DNA of 64,000 bases from a virus. Taxonomy: Duplodnaviria; Heunggongvirae; Uroviricota; Caudoviricetes. The translations under genes and the position numbers were made by a program. Of the stretch, positions 39,771 through 49,925 are shown piece after piece. How positions within the stretch are numbered: the stretch's first letter is position 1; the number at the start of each line of letters is the position of its first letter. Under the pieces are notes generated by a model. It made no database searches. It worked only from the letters and a program-made list of their open reading frames with translations, and was not told the origin of the DNA. Location: IMG/VR virus record IMGVR_UViG_3300035520_000451. One strand, 5' to 3'.

Positions 39771-40387
39771 AAAATTCTAACTGCATCATAATTAATATTT
39801 GCCACATCTTTACCATTTCTGAGAGCCTCTAAATCGTGCCACCCTTCATTAACTATAAATGAAGCTAAAGAACAATTTAAGATATTATTGTCTTTTGCCC
39901 ATTTAACTAATTCTATAATTTTCTCATGCTTTTCTGGATTAAATCCAATTGCTCTACCATATTTAAGATAAGCTTGTTCTAATGAATCAAACTTCTTAGC
40001 AACAGTACGTAGGGGTACTACACAACCGTTAATAGTAGCGAACTGAGGATAATTATCAAATAATTCTTTACCTATTTCAAAAGAACATTTATAAAAATGC
40101 TTTACAAAATTCTTATTAATAGGAATAGCAAAAGGATCAAATTTAGTTCCTTCAGATGGTACTTTATATGTTTTTAAAATTACACCCTTCTCTTGTAAAC
40201 TAATAAGAATATCTCGCAATGCAAGCCCAATATGTTTTATAGTTGTTATTAAATTATAAAACAATTCTTCTTCTTCATTATCTTGCAATAATAGAAGAAC
40301 TTTAACTATTAGGAATTCATTAGGAGTTAAATTATATTTGTCCAAGAGATTTATTTCCTCTTCTAAACTTAGAGTTAAATGTTTCAA
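39767..40387 (-). CDS. hypothetical protein (possibly helicase N-terminal domain or loader, separate ORF)
   Basis: 206-aa ORF, 4-nt overlap with the helicase start. Confidence 0.35.
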   Translation of the reverse strand: MKHLTLSLEEEINLLDKYNLTPNEFLIVKVLLLLQDNEEEELFYNLITTIKHIGLALRDILISLQEKGVILKTYKVPSEGTKFDPFAIPINKNFVKHFYKCSFEIGKELFDNYPQFATINGCVVPLRTVAKKFDSLEQAYLKYGRAIGFNPEKHEKIIELVKWAKDNNILNCSLASFIVNEGWHDLEALRNGKDVANINYDAVRIL

Positions 40388-40477
40388 ATTTCTAGTTTAA
40401 AGATATTTACTTAAAAAGTTGCAATCTCTAAACTGTAAAATGTTTATTCTCCTTTCGGAGCGGAATCACTACATACG

Positions 40478-41755
40478 TTAATATCTAAATGTAAAATCTT
40501 TTATTTTCTTTACATATGGTTCTGGTTCTTTACCATCTAATACATTATCAAGACCTTTTTCGTCTATAGTAACATATTCTGTAGTCTGGTGAGAATTAGA
40601 AAACCATTTTGTTTCTACTGTTTGGTCAATTACCAAATTAAATATCTCTGCTATCTTATCGCCTTCCTTTCTAACGACCCTACCTCTTCTTTGAACAGAT
40701 TTAGTTTCAGAGGAATCTCGTCCAAGAACAATAGCAACTGACAAACCTTTTATATCTGCACCTTCGTTGAGTTTGGCGCACGAATTTATTACACCAAAGG
40801 GCATTTCATTGAATTCTTCCAATGTTATACGACCTTTTTTCTTGCTATCTTTACCTGTGTAGACCATTCCGAGACCTATAGCCTCAGCCATTGCTACATT
40901 ATTTGAAAAAGTAATTATTTTTGCAGTTGGTCGTGCATTAATAATCTTTCTAGCAAGTTCCAGCTTCTTAGGATGATTATTTATGAAAGCTTTTCGTTTT
41001 TGAATAGTTCTCATAAAAGCAGTAGCGTGATAAGTAATGTTCTTGAATACTTGTTTACGTTGCTCTTCTGTGCCAGTTGGACACATCATATCTCTAAGTT
41101 TAGCTCTATTAATAAATCCTTTCGGGCCAATACAAGACATAGCTAGATTAAAATCAAATCCAAAAAACTCATAATGTTCTGTAAACTCTCTGTTGTATTG
41201 TTTATATACATCAATATCGTCTACATCTATTAATACTTGATATTCCTTGAATTCTGAAATCCAACCATTAGCTAAAGCTTCCTCAGTAGTAATTTTATCA
41301 ATAACAGGACAATACTTTTCCATTATTGCATGTTTATCATCTAAACGTTCAAATGTTGCTGTAAGTCCTAAAATATATCGATATCTTACTTTATGGAAGA
41401 TTTCTTTAAAGGTATCCGAGTTATAGCGATGGCATTCATCTAATACCAATATGTCAGCTTGCCAATTTCGTTTAACAACAGTGTTTATAATTTGAACCTC
41501 AGAATTATAACCCAATCCCCAGGTATCTAATTGAGGAATCCACTGTGATTTTAAATTATCTGTAGGAACAACTACTAAAATTCTTAATTCTGGGTACTTA
41601 TCTAAGACAGAACTCAAACATTTAAGAGCAGTTCTTGTTTTACCTACCCCAGTTGGAAATTCTAAGGTTCCTCTACATTTATTTTTAATCCATTTTACTC
41701 TTCCTTGTTCTTGTCGCTCGTCCCTACTTATATTAGTAAAAAGAGACTCCTGCAT
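40478..41755 (-). CDS. SF2 DEAH-type helicase (UvsW-like or type III res-like)
   Basis: Motif I FPTGVGKT, II VLDECHRY, III LTATF, VI QRRGRVVR. Confidence 0.7.
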   Translation of the reverse strand: MQESLFTNISRDERQEQGRVKWIKNKCRGTLEFPTGVGKTRTALKCLSSVLDKYPELRILVVVPTDNLKSQWIPQLDTWGLGYNSEVQIINTVVKRNWQADILVLDECHRYNSDTFKEIFHKVRYRYILGLTATFERLDDKHAIMEKYCPVIDKITTEEALANGWISEFKEYQVLIDVDDIDVYKQYNREFTEHYEFFGFDFNLAMSCIGPKGFINRAKLRDMMCPTGTEEQRKQVFKNITYHATAFMRTIQKRKAFINNHPKKLELARKIINARPTAKIITFSNNVAMAEAIGLGMVYTGKDSKKKGRITLEEFNEMPFGVINSCAKLNEGADIKGLSVAIVLGRDSSETKSVQRRGRVVRKEGDKIAEIFNLVIDQTVETKWFSNSHQTTEYVTIDEKGLDNVLDGKEPEPYVKKIKDFTFRY

Positions 41756-41831
41756 AATTGTCTATAACATATATTAAAGCTGCATAATTTTCTATAGGTA
41801 TATTATGACAGTATAAGATAAGTGTAAACAT

Positions 41832-42698
41832 TTACTCTAGAACAACACCCTTTACTTTTGCTACTTTTTCAAGTTCGTCTATTTTCTTTTCCCATTGAGA
41901 AACATGGAAAGTAACTTCATTTTCAAGTCTAAACAATACTTTATTTCTAAGCACTGTAAGTTGCTCTGTAGTAAGTTCAGAATATTTCTTAGTACGAAGA
42001 TTAACCATAGCTCTCAATTCGCTGAAGTTTAGTCCTCCAGGTTTTACTGTAAGCTTAACGGAATCCTTAATATTAAGACGTTCCTTAATTAAAGCTAGTT
42101 TACTCTTAGCATTACCTTCACTATCCTTTTCATTGAATTCTTTCATTTCTTCTGGGGTAAGATATACACCCATATTTAAAATGAAGCTAAATGTAATGTG
42201 TTTATTATTAAATAATCCTAGTTGGTCCAAACAAGCATTCATTACAGAATCAATAGAGATATTCTCAAATTCTCTAGGAAGCTTTCCAGTAAAAATACTA
42301 ATAGGAGAAGATGCAAAATCATGCTCTGCAAAATAGTCTGCATTCTTCTTCTTAAAGTCCAAAATATTCTGTAAATACATAAACTTAGGATAGCCTTTAC
42401 CATCTGCACTTATACTACCCAATTCCATCTTACGCATGAATAATTCAATATTGCATTTATCACGTTGCTCTTTAATAATATCCAATAATACATAACGCCC
42501 TGGATTATTTTTATCAGTACTATACAACATTGAGTTACAATGTGCGTAGAATGTTTTCAACTGTTCTGGAGTTGCATCCATTAACTTAATCTCTGGTTGT
42601 GTACCATCAGACTTGCGAGCAAATTTCCACACAAAAGACTTTACATCATTATTCTTTGCGTTAATAGCTTCGGTTAGTTTTTCTTTCATCACTGTCAT
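41832..42698 (-). CDS. hypothetical protein
   Basis: 288-aa ORF. Confidence 0.4.
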   Translation of the reverse strand: MTVMKEKLTEAINAKNNDVKSFVWKFARKSDGTQPEIKLMDATPEQLKTFYAHCNSMLYSTDKNNPGRYVLLDIIKEQRDKCNIELFMRKMELGSISADGKGYPKFMYLQNILDFKKKNADYFAEHDFASSPISIFTGKLPREFENISIDSVMNACLDQLGLFNNKHITFSFILNMGVYLTPEEMKEFNEKDSEGNAKSKLALIKERLNIKDSVKLTVKPGGLNFSELRAMVNLRTKKYSELTTEQLTVLRNKVLFRLENEVTFHVSQWEKKIDELEKVAKVKGVVLE

Positions 42699-42736
42699 AA
42701 TTCAAATTTTCATAATATTTATACTTCTCTGTTATC

Positions 42737-43042
42737 TTACATAACATATTCCACATCTAATTTCTTTGGTTTTTCAATAAACTTTTCAAATCTAATAGCA
42801 TCATATTTATAAGGTATATTTTTAGAACCATCAAACCAAGTATCTTTTCCAGCTATTACTTCTATAAAGAATAGAAATCCAACTTCTCCAAGTTTCAAAG
42901 GTCTGTGATTCCAATTAGGGTACCTAACACACATGATGTATTTGCTTTCTTTGGCTACATCTTCTTCTAAATTCTCAAATACATAAGTTATGTATCCTCC
43001 ATTGTCAGTATACGTTGCTAATAATTGTGCTAAAACCGTCAT
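42737..43042 (-). CDS. hypothetical protein
   Basis: ORF. Confidence 0.4.
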   Translation of the reverse strand: MTVLAQLLATYTDNGGYITYVFENLEEDVAKESKYIMCVRYPNWNHRPLKLGEVGFLFFIEVIAGKDTWFDGSKNIPYKYDAIRFEKFIEKPKKLDVEYVM

Positions 43043-43205
43043 AATTCAATTAAAGGTTCAGAATAATATATACAACCATATTTAGCAAAATCACTAGAAC
43101 ACTTATCTATCCCAGTAAAACATGGATACTTTCTACAAGTAGCACATGTTCTATCAGGATATTTAAGTTTTACTCCGAATTTGTCTTTCTTAACTTTTAA
43201 TGGAT

Positions 43206-43610
43206 TCACTTTAAAAGTAATAATAATAGTAACCCAGCACTAACAGTAATTCCTCCAATCTTCCATCCTGTAACAGTTTTCTTTTGTTTCAGAATTTTCT
43301 TATTTAAATCTTCTACTTGTTTAGCATAACTTTCATTAATATCTTTATAAGAATTAATTTGAAGTAGTCTTAAAGAATCAGTTTTTTCTAGAAATTTAGA
43401 TTTATAAATATAATTCTGCACTTGTATATTTAATAAATCATTTTCTTTTAATAACTTATCATGCTCTACAAATATTAAATTTGCATATTTAAGCTGTTCA
43501 GAGGTTATTGATACTGTCGAGTCTCGACTTGTTAGCTTGAATGTAGTCGAGGAAAAACACATAGTCTTCGCTAGTACTATTATTGATAATAGTGTTACGA
43601 TCTTTTTCAT
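43206..43610 (-). CDS. hypothetical secreted/membrane coiled-coil protein
   Basis: N-terminal signal-like segment and C-terminal poly-Leu TM; its first 113 nt overlap 43498..43818 in another frame. Confidence 0.35.
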   Translation of the reverse strand: MKKIVTLLSIIVLAKTMCFSSTTFKLTSRDSTVSITSEQLKYANLIFVEHDKLLKENDLLNIQVQNYIYKSKFLEKTDSLRLLQINSYKDINESYAKQVEDLNKKILKQKKTVTGWKIGGITVSAGLLLLLLLK

Positions 43611-43818
43611 ATTGGATATGAGTTTTTTCTATTGTTATTGTTATTGTATCAATTCGCTCATCTATACTGTCTCTCTTAGTTGCTAATTTACTAATTTCAG
43701 TTTCTAAAGAATCTATAACTTTTGTATTGTCAATAAAAGTATTGTCCCTCTTGTGAAGGACAATACAAATTATAATTACTATACCAACAAATATTATTAC
43801 AATTTCTCTGCGGGACAC
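43498..43818 (-). CDS. hypothetical N-terminal TM, coiled-coil protein
   Basis: TM IVIIFVGIVIIICIVL followed by coiled-coil-like sequence. Confidence 0.35.
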   Translation of the reverse strand: MSRREIVIIFVGIVIIICIVLHKRDNTFIDNTKVIDSLETEISKLATKRDSIDERIDTITITIEKTHIQYEKDRNTIINNSTSEDYVFFLDYIQANKSRLDSINNL

Positions 43819-44414
43819 TTATTTCCACCTTTTATTTGATTTTCTTTCCATGTTAAGTACTTCTTAACATTATCAAAAATCTTTGGATTCACTTGTAAGG
43901 CTGCAAGCACTTCTTTTTCAAGCTTGTTAAAATTATCTTTTAACTCTAGCATTTCTTCACGTAGTTCAAGTCTTCTTTTCCTTTCCGTATATCCTGGAAT
44001 TAATAGTTCGGGATTCTTTTTAAGGTATTCAGCTTCCTGAATTAATAGTGCCTTAACTACTCGATTATTAATGACTCCAGCACTACTAGCATAAAGAATA
44101 GGAGTATTAATACGAGCACGAGCAACTGCTTTTAGCTTGCCAGTCTGAAAATCGAAGTCATCCTCTGGATTACATACCGAAAAGCCAACACGAAGTACTT
44201 TTACAATTGTACTTAAACAATCATTACAGCCATAATCTTCAATGTATTCATTTACTTCATAAGTTAATTCCTCACCTTGATCAGTGTATTTAGGAAGAAC
44301 CTGGCTAATTGCAGCCACAACAAAACGATGTTCTTTACCTGAAAAATCAACAAAGGAACTTTCAATAGCGTCAATATATTCTTTCATATTATTTAAAATT
44401 ATTTTACTCCCCAA
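43797..44414 (-). CDS. hypothetical protein
   Basis: 205-aa ORF. Confidence 0.4.
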   Translation of the reverse strand: MGSKIILNNMKEYIDAIESSFVDFSGKEHRFVVAAISQVLPKYTDQGEELTYEVNEYIEDYGCNDCLSTIVKVLRVGFSVCNPEDDFDFQTGKLKAVARARINTPILYASSAGVINNRVVKALLIQEAEYLKKNPELLIPGYTERKRRLELREEMLELKDNFNKLEKEVLAALQVNPKIFDNVKKYLTWKENQIKGGNKCPAEKL

Positions 44415-44833
44415 TAAGGAAATTCATTACTATTATAAGTTTTACCATTCCAGCTATATTTCATTACAACATTTTTAAAAGAATCTTTACTTCTAACTGT
44501 GTATGAAGAAATAATATTTGGAATATCATGTTGCCAACATTTAGTTGAGTATGTAGATTTACTAAATTTATTATTCTTAAACAAATAAATTATTAGCTTA
44601 CCCCATACTGGAATATGCTTTTGTGGAATATTATGAAAATGCCCATTAATATGCTTAAATTGGCGTCTTAGCTTTTTTAAGAGTTTAGTCTCTTGAGATG
44701 TTTTTGTCCAGACACTTTTATCTCTAGGCTCTCTATCCTTAGGTCTAATTCCCAATTCTACCATAAGTGCATCATTGTGCACATCAACCCAGCGATCGTC
44801 TTCGCGCTTGTTTGTCTTTTTGTTATTGTTCAT
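44399..44833 (-). CDS. hypothetical basic protein (possible HNH-like)
   Basis: HINGHFHNIPQKH histidine-rich segment; weak. Confidence 0.3.
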   Translation of the reverse strand: MNNNKKTNKREDDRWVDVHNDALMVELGIRPKDREPRDKSVWTKTSQETKLLKKLRRQFKHINGHFHNIPQKHIPVWGKLIIYLFKNNKFSKSTYSTKCWQHDIPNIISSYTVRSKDSFKNVVMKYSWNGKTYNSNEFPYWGVK

Positions 44834-45290
44834 ATTCTTTAAAAAAATGTTTTAGTATATTATCAACAGTTTTATTATGTTTTACATCATAAATTTGATT
44901 CCAAGAACCAGTTTTATAAATCCAACATATATTTTTAGAGTTTATTCCTTTAATGTCGTATTTAAAAAGACAATAATCACTATTAGCATTTATCATTCCA
45001 ATCCCATCTACCTGCAAGCAATAATGTATACAAGTATTTCTCCCTGTAATAGAATCTGGAGAACAAGTATTGGAACGAAAATTAGTAATTTCTTCAGTAA
45101 TACTTTGTTGATTCTTAGTGGAATCATTAAAGACAACTAAATCATACTTTATACCTATTTTATCAAAATGTTTAGCTAGCACATAAGCTAAAAAACAGCA
45201 GCCTCCACAATTTATATCATAACTAGAATTCAGACAATCGCAGAACAAATTTAAGGAGTCTACTAATTTTCGAAGGTTCATCCCACGCAT
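44823..45290 (-). CDS. hypothetical Cys-rich protein
   Basis: CDCLNSSYDINCGGCC cluster. Confidence 0.35.
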   Translation of the reverse strand: MRGMNLRKLVDSLNLFCDCLNSSYDINCGGCCFLAYVLAKHFDKIGIKYDLVVFNDSTKNQQSITEEITNFRSNTCSPDSITGRNTCIHYCLQVDGIGMINANSDYCLFKYDIKGINSKNICWIYKTGSWNQIYDVKHNKTVDNILKHFFKEYEQ

Positions 45291-45550
45291 AATTTTGTTA
45301 TTTCTGCTAGAATAATTCGATACTCTTTTAGATAGGTTTTCAAATCTATAATATCAGGGCATTTATTAGTAATCCTAAAATTAGCAATTTTACGAATGGC
45401 AGAGTCTAATCTAATTCCGTAAGCAGCATTTTTAAATTCCTGCTTTTCATTGCTTTTACCTTTATTTACAATATAAAGAAGTTCTAGATTAAATTTGTCA
45501 CTACATTCGTTAACTGGTATTAATTTAAAATCCTTTTCTTCAATAATCAT
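45278..45550 (-). CDS. hypothetical protein
   Basis: ORF. Confidence 0.35.
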   Translation of the reverse strand: MIIEEKDFKLIPVNECSDKFNLELLYIVNKGKSNEKQEFKNAAYGIRLDSAIRKIANFRITNKCPDIIDLKTYLKEYRIILAEITKLCVG

Positions 45551-45701
45551 CGACTTCCTGTTATAATACGTTGTTTAACACTACCTGGACGCTTAGTCGC
45601 AGATTTAACTTTCTCGGGCAACTTATCCCACCAGGATTGCGCCAACTTCAAGTTTTCTACTTTTTTACGATACTTCATATATTTTAAAATTTAAAATGTT
45701 A

Positions 45702-46115
45702 TTAAATCTCTTGACTTGCTTTTACTGCTAATTTATCTACTAATTCATTATATTTATCACCTGCATGTCCTTTTACATGAATAAAAGAAATATTAAAGCA
45801 AAGTTTAGAAACTCTTTCATATTGTAAATCAAATTCTTTCCATAGTGTCAAGTTCTTTTTACGTTTCCATCCTTTAATTGCACATCCTATACAGTATTGA
45901 GAATCGGAATAAATAGTTAAAGAATCAATTGGTTTATGAATCATTCTAAATGCTAGTATAATGGCTCCTAATTCCATTTTATTATTACTAGTATTTCTAT
46001 ACATATGAGAATATTCTAATATTTTTTTATCACCCCTAAGAATGACAATGCCTATTCCCCCTTGATTTCTAGAAGAGGAATAGGCACCATCCGTATAAAT
46101 ATTATAGTTAAGCAT
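45702..46115 (-). CDS. rnh: ribonuclease H
   Basis: IYTDGA (DG), E in MELGAIILA, IYSDSQYCIGC, GHAGDKYNELVDKLA: DEDD(H) RNase H arrangement. Confidence 0.75.
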   Translation of the reverse strand: MLNYNIYTDGAYSSSRNQGGIGIVILRGDKKILEYSHMYRNTSNNKMELGAIILAFRMIHKPIDSLTIYSDSQYCIGCAIKGWKRKKNLTLWKEFDLQYERVSKLCFNISFIHVKGHAGDKYNELVDKLAVKASQEI

Positions 46116-46353
46116 CTTCTAAATATTTAGCTATATTATAAAATTTAGAAGAATCTTCTTTCTTTAGTATAATTTCATCAAAGTGCCCATTAGAACGATA
46201 ATTAAATATATATAATATAGCTATCCAAATTCTTTTTAAAATATTCTTTTCAGGTTTTAAATAAATTTGCATAAATACCATATTGTCTATATAACTAAAT
46301 AATATTTGATGTTCCACATTTTCACATTGACAAATTACTATTTCATATTGCAT
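46108..46353 (-). CDS. hypothetical protein
   Basis: ORF. Confidence 0.35.
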   Translation of the reverse strand: MQYEIVICQCENVEHQILFSYIDNMVFMQIYLKPEKNILKRIWIAILYIFNYRSNGHFDEIILKKEDSSKFYNIAKYLEDA

Positions 46354-46772
46354 TAATTATATTTCTTAATAAACACTTTATAAAATCTACTTCTTTTTGC
46401 TGCTTTTTTAGTTTTAAAATAATTTCCAGATTTCCATCTAAGAGTATCTAATAAATCATTTGAATCAGTTTCTCCTGTAATTATACCAGTAGATTCTACA
46501 TAATAATAAAATTCTAGATCCTCTGCAGCTCTCCATCTAGGAAGTTTAAATTTATCCCAAGATTGTATTTCTTTAGAAGGAAATAACATACATAAGGTCT
46601 CATCTAATCCTACAATAGTCCCCTCTTTAGTAAAAGAGTATTCTTTTCCAGATAATGTTTGAACTATTATAGTTGAGGAATTTTGTATGCTTTTAAATAA
46701 AACATCCCCGAATAATGGGGAATACAATAATAAATCACTTTTTGCATCTTTTAAAATTTTTGTCAAATCCAT
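46353..46772 (-). CDS. hypothetical protein
   Basis: ORF. Confidence 0.4.
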   Translation of the reverse strand: MDLTKILKDAKSDLLLYSPLFGDVLFKSIQNSSTIIVQTLSGKEYSFTKEGTIVGLDETLCMLFPSKEIQSWDKFKLPRWRAAEDLEFYYYVESTGIITGETDSNDLLDTLRWKSGNYFKTKKAAKRSRFYKVFIKKYN

Positions 46773-46786
46773 CTTATTTTAAATTA

Positions 46787-47383
46787 TTATAAAAAATCTA
46801 CAAATACATAAGAATTCTCCTTAAAATTATGGTTTCCATAAAATTTATTCCATAACCAAGGGATAGGTAAATAAGTATGCCAAGAAGAACCATCTAAATT
46901 TTTATATCCTTGTTCATATTTAGGACAATATTCTCCTTGCCATATCGAATGCCATTCTGGTTTCTTTACATTAATAGAAGTTAGATTAAATGTTCCAAAA
47001 ACATATCCATCATAACTACTGATATAACTATCTACGAAATTTTTTATATCTTCTATAAACACAGATTCCGTAATAAATTCAGGAAGTTTACCTTCATAAG
47101 TCACCATTAAATTTACATTATCAGAACCACCTAAAGCGTATAAAATACTATTTAAAGCATCTGAAAAAGTACATTTAGACTTCCATAATCCGTGACATAC
47201 CCTAAATCTACCAATATCCATATACCCATCATATTTAATTCTTATATCAAAATAGGTACATCCAGATAATACTTGGTCTCTCAATGTTTTAGATTGAGTT
47301 CTGGCAAATGGAATTAATAAGCTATATAGAATATTCTTAGAAGATTCTCCAGTACCTGAATTGTGAGTTGCTATTAAATTCAT
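46787..47383 (-). CDS. putative PI-PLC X-domain-like phosphodiesterase
   Basis: LIATHNSGTGE resembles the bacterial PI-PLC IPGTHDSGT active-site motif. Confidence 0.35.
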   Translation of the reverse strand: MNLIATHNSGTGESSKNILYSLLIPFARTQSKTLRDQVLSGCTYFDIRIKYDGYMDIGRFRVCHGLWKSKCTFSDALNSILYALGGSDNVNLMVTYEGKLPEFITESVFIEDIKNFVDSYISSYDGYVFGTFNLTSINVKKPEWHSIWQGEYCPKYEQGYKNLDGSSWHTYLPIPWLWNKFYGNHNFKENSYVFVDFL

Positions 47384-47408
47384 TTTTTATTTAATTTAAA
47401 TTATATTG

Positions 47409-47494
47409 TAGCGAAAGCGGGACTCGAACCCGCAAGATCATAATGATCGGGGGATTTTAAGTCCCCTATGTTTACCAACTTTCATCATTTCGCC
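47409..47494 (-). tRNA. tRNA-Leu (anticodon TAA), type II with long variable arm
   Basis: Hand-folded: acceptor GGCGAAA/TTTCGCT (1-72 G-U), D loop with GG, anticodon stem GGGGA/TCCCC, loop CTTAAAA, variable hairpin GATCATTATGATC, T arm GCGGGTTCGAGTCCCGC. Confidence 0.7.
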
Positions 47495-47538
47495 CCTTTC
47501 GTATTGCAATACTACGAAAAATTTATTTATTCCCCAAG

Positions 47539-47940
47539 TTAAAAAGTGTTAAAGATATATACTAATCTCTTTAAGTTTGGCTCAAAAATTTGATAAAAAT
47601 CTTCTCTAATTCTAGCAGTAGGAAATTTCAACCACGCATAATTAAACAAAGGATCGTATCTATCAATTTTGCATACTTCACAAGCATGATTTTTAGTAAT
47701 AGCACATGTTAAAATATCAAATTTATCATACTTTGACCAAATTTCTTTCCATGCTTGATAGATACCTAGAATTTCTTTAAAAAGTCTAATACTTTTTTCG
47801 TCGGTTGCAGAAATTGAAACTTTACTAATATCTCTTGGAAATTCCTGTTTTAAATCAGTGATAATATATTGGGGATTTCCATTTACTTCGTTATATTCTA
47901 ATTGAAGATTTTCTCCTTTAATCGTATATTCTTTATTCAT
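47539..47940 (-). CDS. hypothetical protein
   Basis: 133-aa ORF. Confidence 0.4.
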   Translation of the reverse strand: MNKEYTIKGENLQLEYNEVNGNPQYIITDLKQEFPRDISKVSISATDEKSIRLFKEILGIYQAWKEIWSKYDKFDILTCAITKNHACEVCKIDRYDPLFNYAWLKFPTARIREDFYQIFEPNLKRLVYIFNTF

Positions 47941-47985
47941 ATTTTAAACAAAAATGGAGGAACTATAAAAGTCCCTCCAGTATAA

Positions 47986-49914
47986 TTATTTAGTACTTCC
48001 AAACACTTTCTTAACAGTATCTGCAATAGGCAAATTACCAAGAATATCCATTGCAGGACTGAGATTCTTAGCCATATTAGACATAAAGTTACCAGCAGTA
48101 TTTTCACCACCATAAACAGTAACTTGACCAAGCTGAATATGCTCATATATCTTAGCTTGTGCTGTAGCAATATCTGCTAATTGATCTACTGTTTTATAAT
48201 TTACAACAAGTTCAGGAGTCAATCCAGCTTCAATCATTTGCTTAACAGCAAGCGCAGGAGCCATCTCAATAGCTTGTACCTTATCTGCCTCAGCCATTAA
48301 AGAAGCTCTTTTACCCTCTGCTTCTGCTAAAAGTTTCTTTTTAGTACCCTCTGCTTCTGCTTCTAACTTAGTTTGAGTAGCATTTGCTTCAGCATAAGCT
48401 TTAGTTCGAATAGCTTCTGCTTCTGCCTGTGCTTCTAGAATAGCTTTTTGTTTAATCGCTTCAGCTTCAATACGAATTTTCTCCTTCTCAGTTTCAGCTG
48501 GAACAATAACTTCAGCATTCAATTTAGCTTGTTCTGCTAAAGCTTTAGCTTCGTTTACTTCTATTTGTTTCTCTTGTTCAATTTTAGCAATTGACATTTG
48601 AGCCTCTACTTTAGAAGTACCAGCAACTTTTATTGCTTCTGCTTCTGCTTTGGCTGCTTCTCCTTTAGCTTGTGCTACTTCAATAGTTGCGCGTTGCTCT
48701 GCTACTCCAGCTTTCTTATTAGCTTCTGCTGCTTTCTGTCTCTTAGTAGATTCATACTCTGCAACTTTAGCTTGCTGGTCATTAATTGCTTTTTGAGTTT
48801 CAGCTTCTTTTTCTTGCTGTGCTTTAGCAATTCTAATTTGTTTCTGAGCTTCTGCTTCTGCTTTTGCAGATTCTGCTTCTGAATTAGACTTGGCTACTGA
48901 CGCAATAGCTTCTGCTTTTCTAGCTGCTTTAGCTGATTCAGCTTCAGATTCTGCTTTAGCAACATTAGCTTCTTTAATCGCATCTGCTTCTGCTTGTGCA
49001 GTTATTGCTTTAGTTTTAGCATTAGCTACATTAGCAGCCTGTTCAGCTTGTTGTTCTGCGACTCCAGTAGTCTTAATCTTTTCAGCTTCTGCCAATTTAA
49101 TTTGCTTATCCTGATTAATTTCAGCTACTCTTACTTCCTGCTCTTGCTGAGTCTGAGCTACTTGAGTAGCACGCTCTTTTTCAGCACTAGCAACAGCAAT
49201 TTCCCTTTCCTTGTTAGTTTCGGCAATTTGAATTTGACCCTTCTTTTCTTCTTCTGCAATATCTGCTTCTGCTTGAGCTTGAGCTTTAGTGGCTGCTTTC
49301 TTACCTAAATTCTTAATATAATTTGCATCATCAGAAATATCTGCATTATTAATATTAATAATAGTGAAACCTACTTTATTAATTTCAGTTTCAATGTTCT
49401 CTTTTGCTTTACCTAAGAATTTACCGCGATCAGCATTAATTTCTTCAATGGTCATAGTAGCCATAAGACTACGCATTTCACCAATAAGAATATCCTTAAT
49501 TTGATTAGCAATTTCTTCTAATTCAGCATTTAAGAAACGACTAGCAGCATTTTGCATAAGCTCCTGAGTAGTACCAATACCAGTAGTTAATGTTACAGGA
49601 ATAGTTACTTTAATCATTTGGCTAGATACTCCAACTACAGAAGTTTGAATCTGTATAGGAGTTAAAGACATTTTTTGCCAATCTTGAATAATCGGAAATA
49701 CAAATGTACCTCCGCCATGAATAATTTTAGAAGGCAAAACAACTGTTTCGCTCTTGCCAGTTTCTGGATTAATCTGGGTTTTCTTTCCAGCTTTACCAAA
49801 TACTACAAGAATTTCATCACTTGCGCATCTACGATAACGCGACATTAGACCAATTACGGTCAACACTACAAGAACTACAAGAATTCCTGCAACAATAAAA
49901 CTAGTTTGTAACAT
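47986..49914 (-). CDS. SPFH/band-7 flotillin-like membrane protein with long Ala/Glu/Lys-rich coiled coil
   Basis: N-terminal TM, SPFH-like core, then about 300 aa of AKAEAEA-type repeats (flotillin YqiK/FloT-like architecture). Confidence 0.65.
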   Translation of the reverse strand: MLQTSFIVAGILVVLVVLTVIGLMSRYRRCASDEILVVFGKAGKKTQINPETGKSETVVLPSKIIHGGGTFVFPIIQDWQKMSLTPIQIQTSVVGVSSQMIKVTIPVTLTTGIGTTQELMQNAASRFLNAELEEIANQIKDILIGEMRSLMATMTIEEINADRGKFLGKAKENIETEINKVGFTIININNADISDDANYIKNLGKKAATKAQAQAEADIAEEEKKGQIQIAETNKEREIAVASAEKERATQVAQTQQEQEVRVAEINQDKQIKLAEAEKIKTTGVAEQQAEQAANVANAKTKAITAQAEADAIKEANVAKAESEAESAKAARKAEAIASVAKSNSEAESAKAEAEAQKQIRIAKAQQEKEAETQKAINDQQAKVAEYESTKRQKAAEANKKAGVAEQRATIEVAQAKGEAAKAEAEAIKVAGTSKVEAQMSIAKIEQEKQIEVNEAKALAEQAKLNAEVIVPAETEKEKIRIEAEAIKQKAILEAQAEAEAIRTKAYAEANATQTKLEAEAEGTKKKLLAEAEGKRASLMAEADKVQAIEMAPALAVKQMIEAGLTPELVVNYKTVDQLADIATAQAKIYEHIQLGQVTVYGGENTAGNFMSNMAKNLSPAMDILGNLPIADTVKKVFGSTK

Positions 49915-49925
49915 TTAAAAGTTTT

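Noticed and set aside
48200-49300. Dense short tandem-like repeats (GCTTCTGCTTCAGC variants) resembling a satellite or CRISPR-like array
   Set aside because: They are the minus-strand codons of the Ala/Glu/Lys-rich coiled coil of the flotillin-like protein (AEAEAKAKA repeats). Irregular spacing, no repeat-spacer structure. The plus-strand ORFs 48598-49308 are antisense artefacts.
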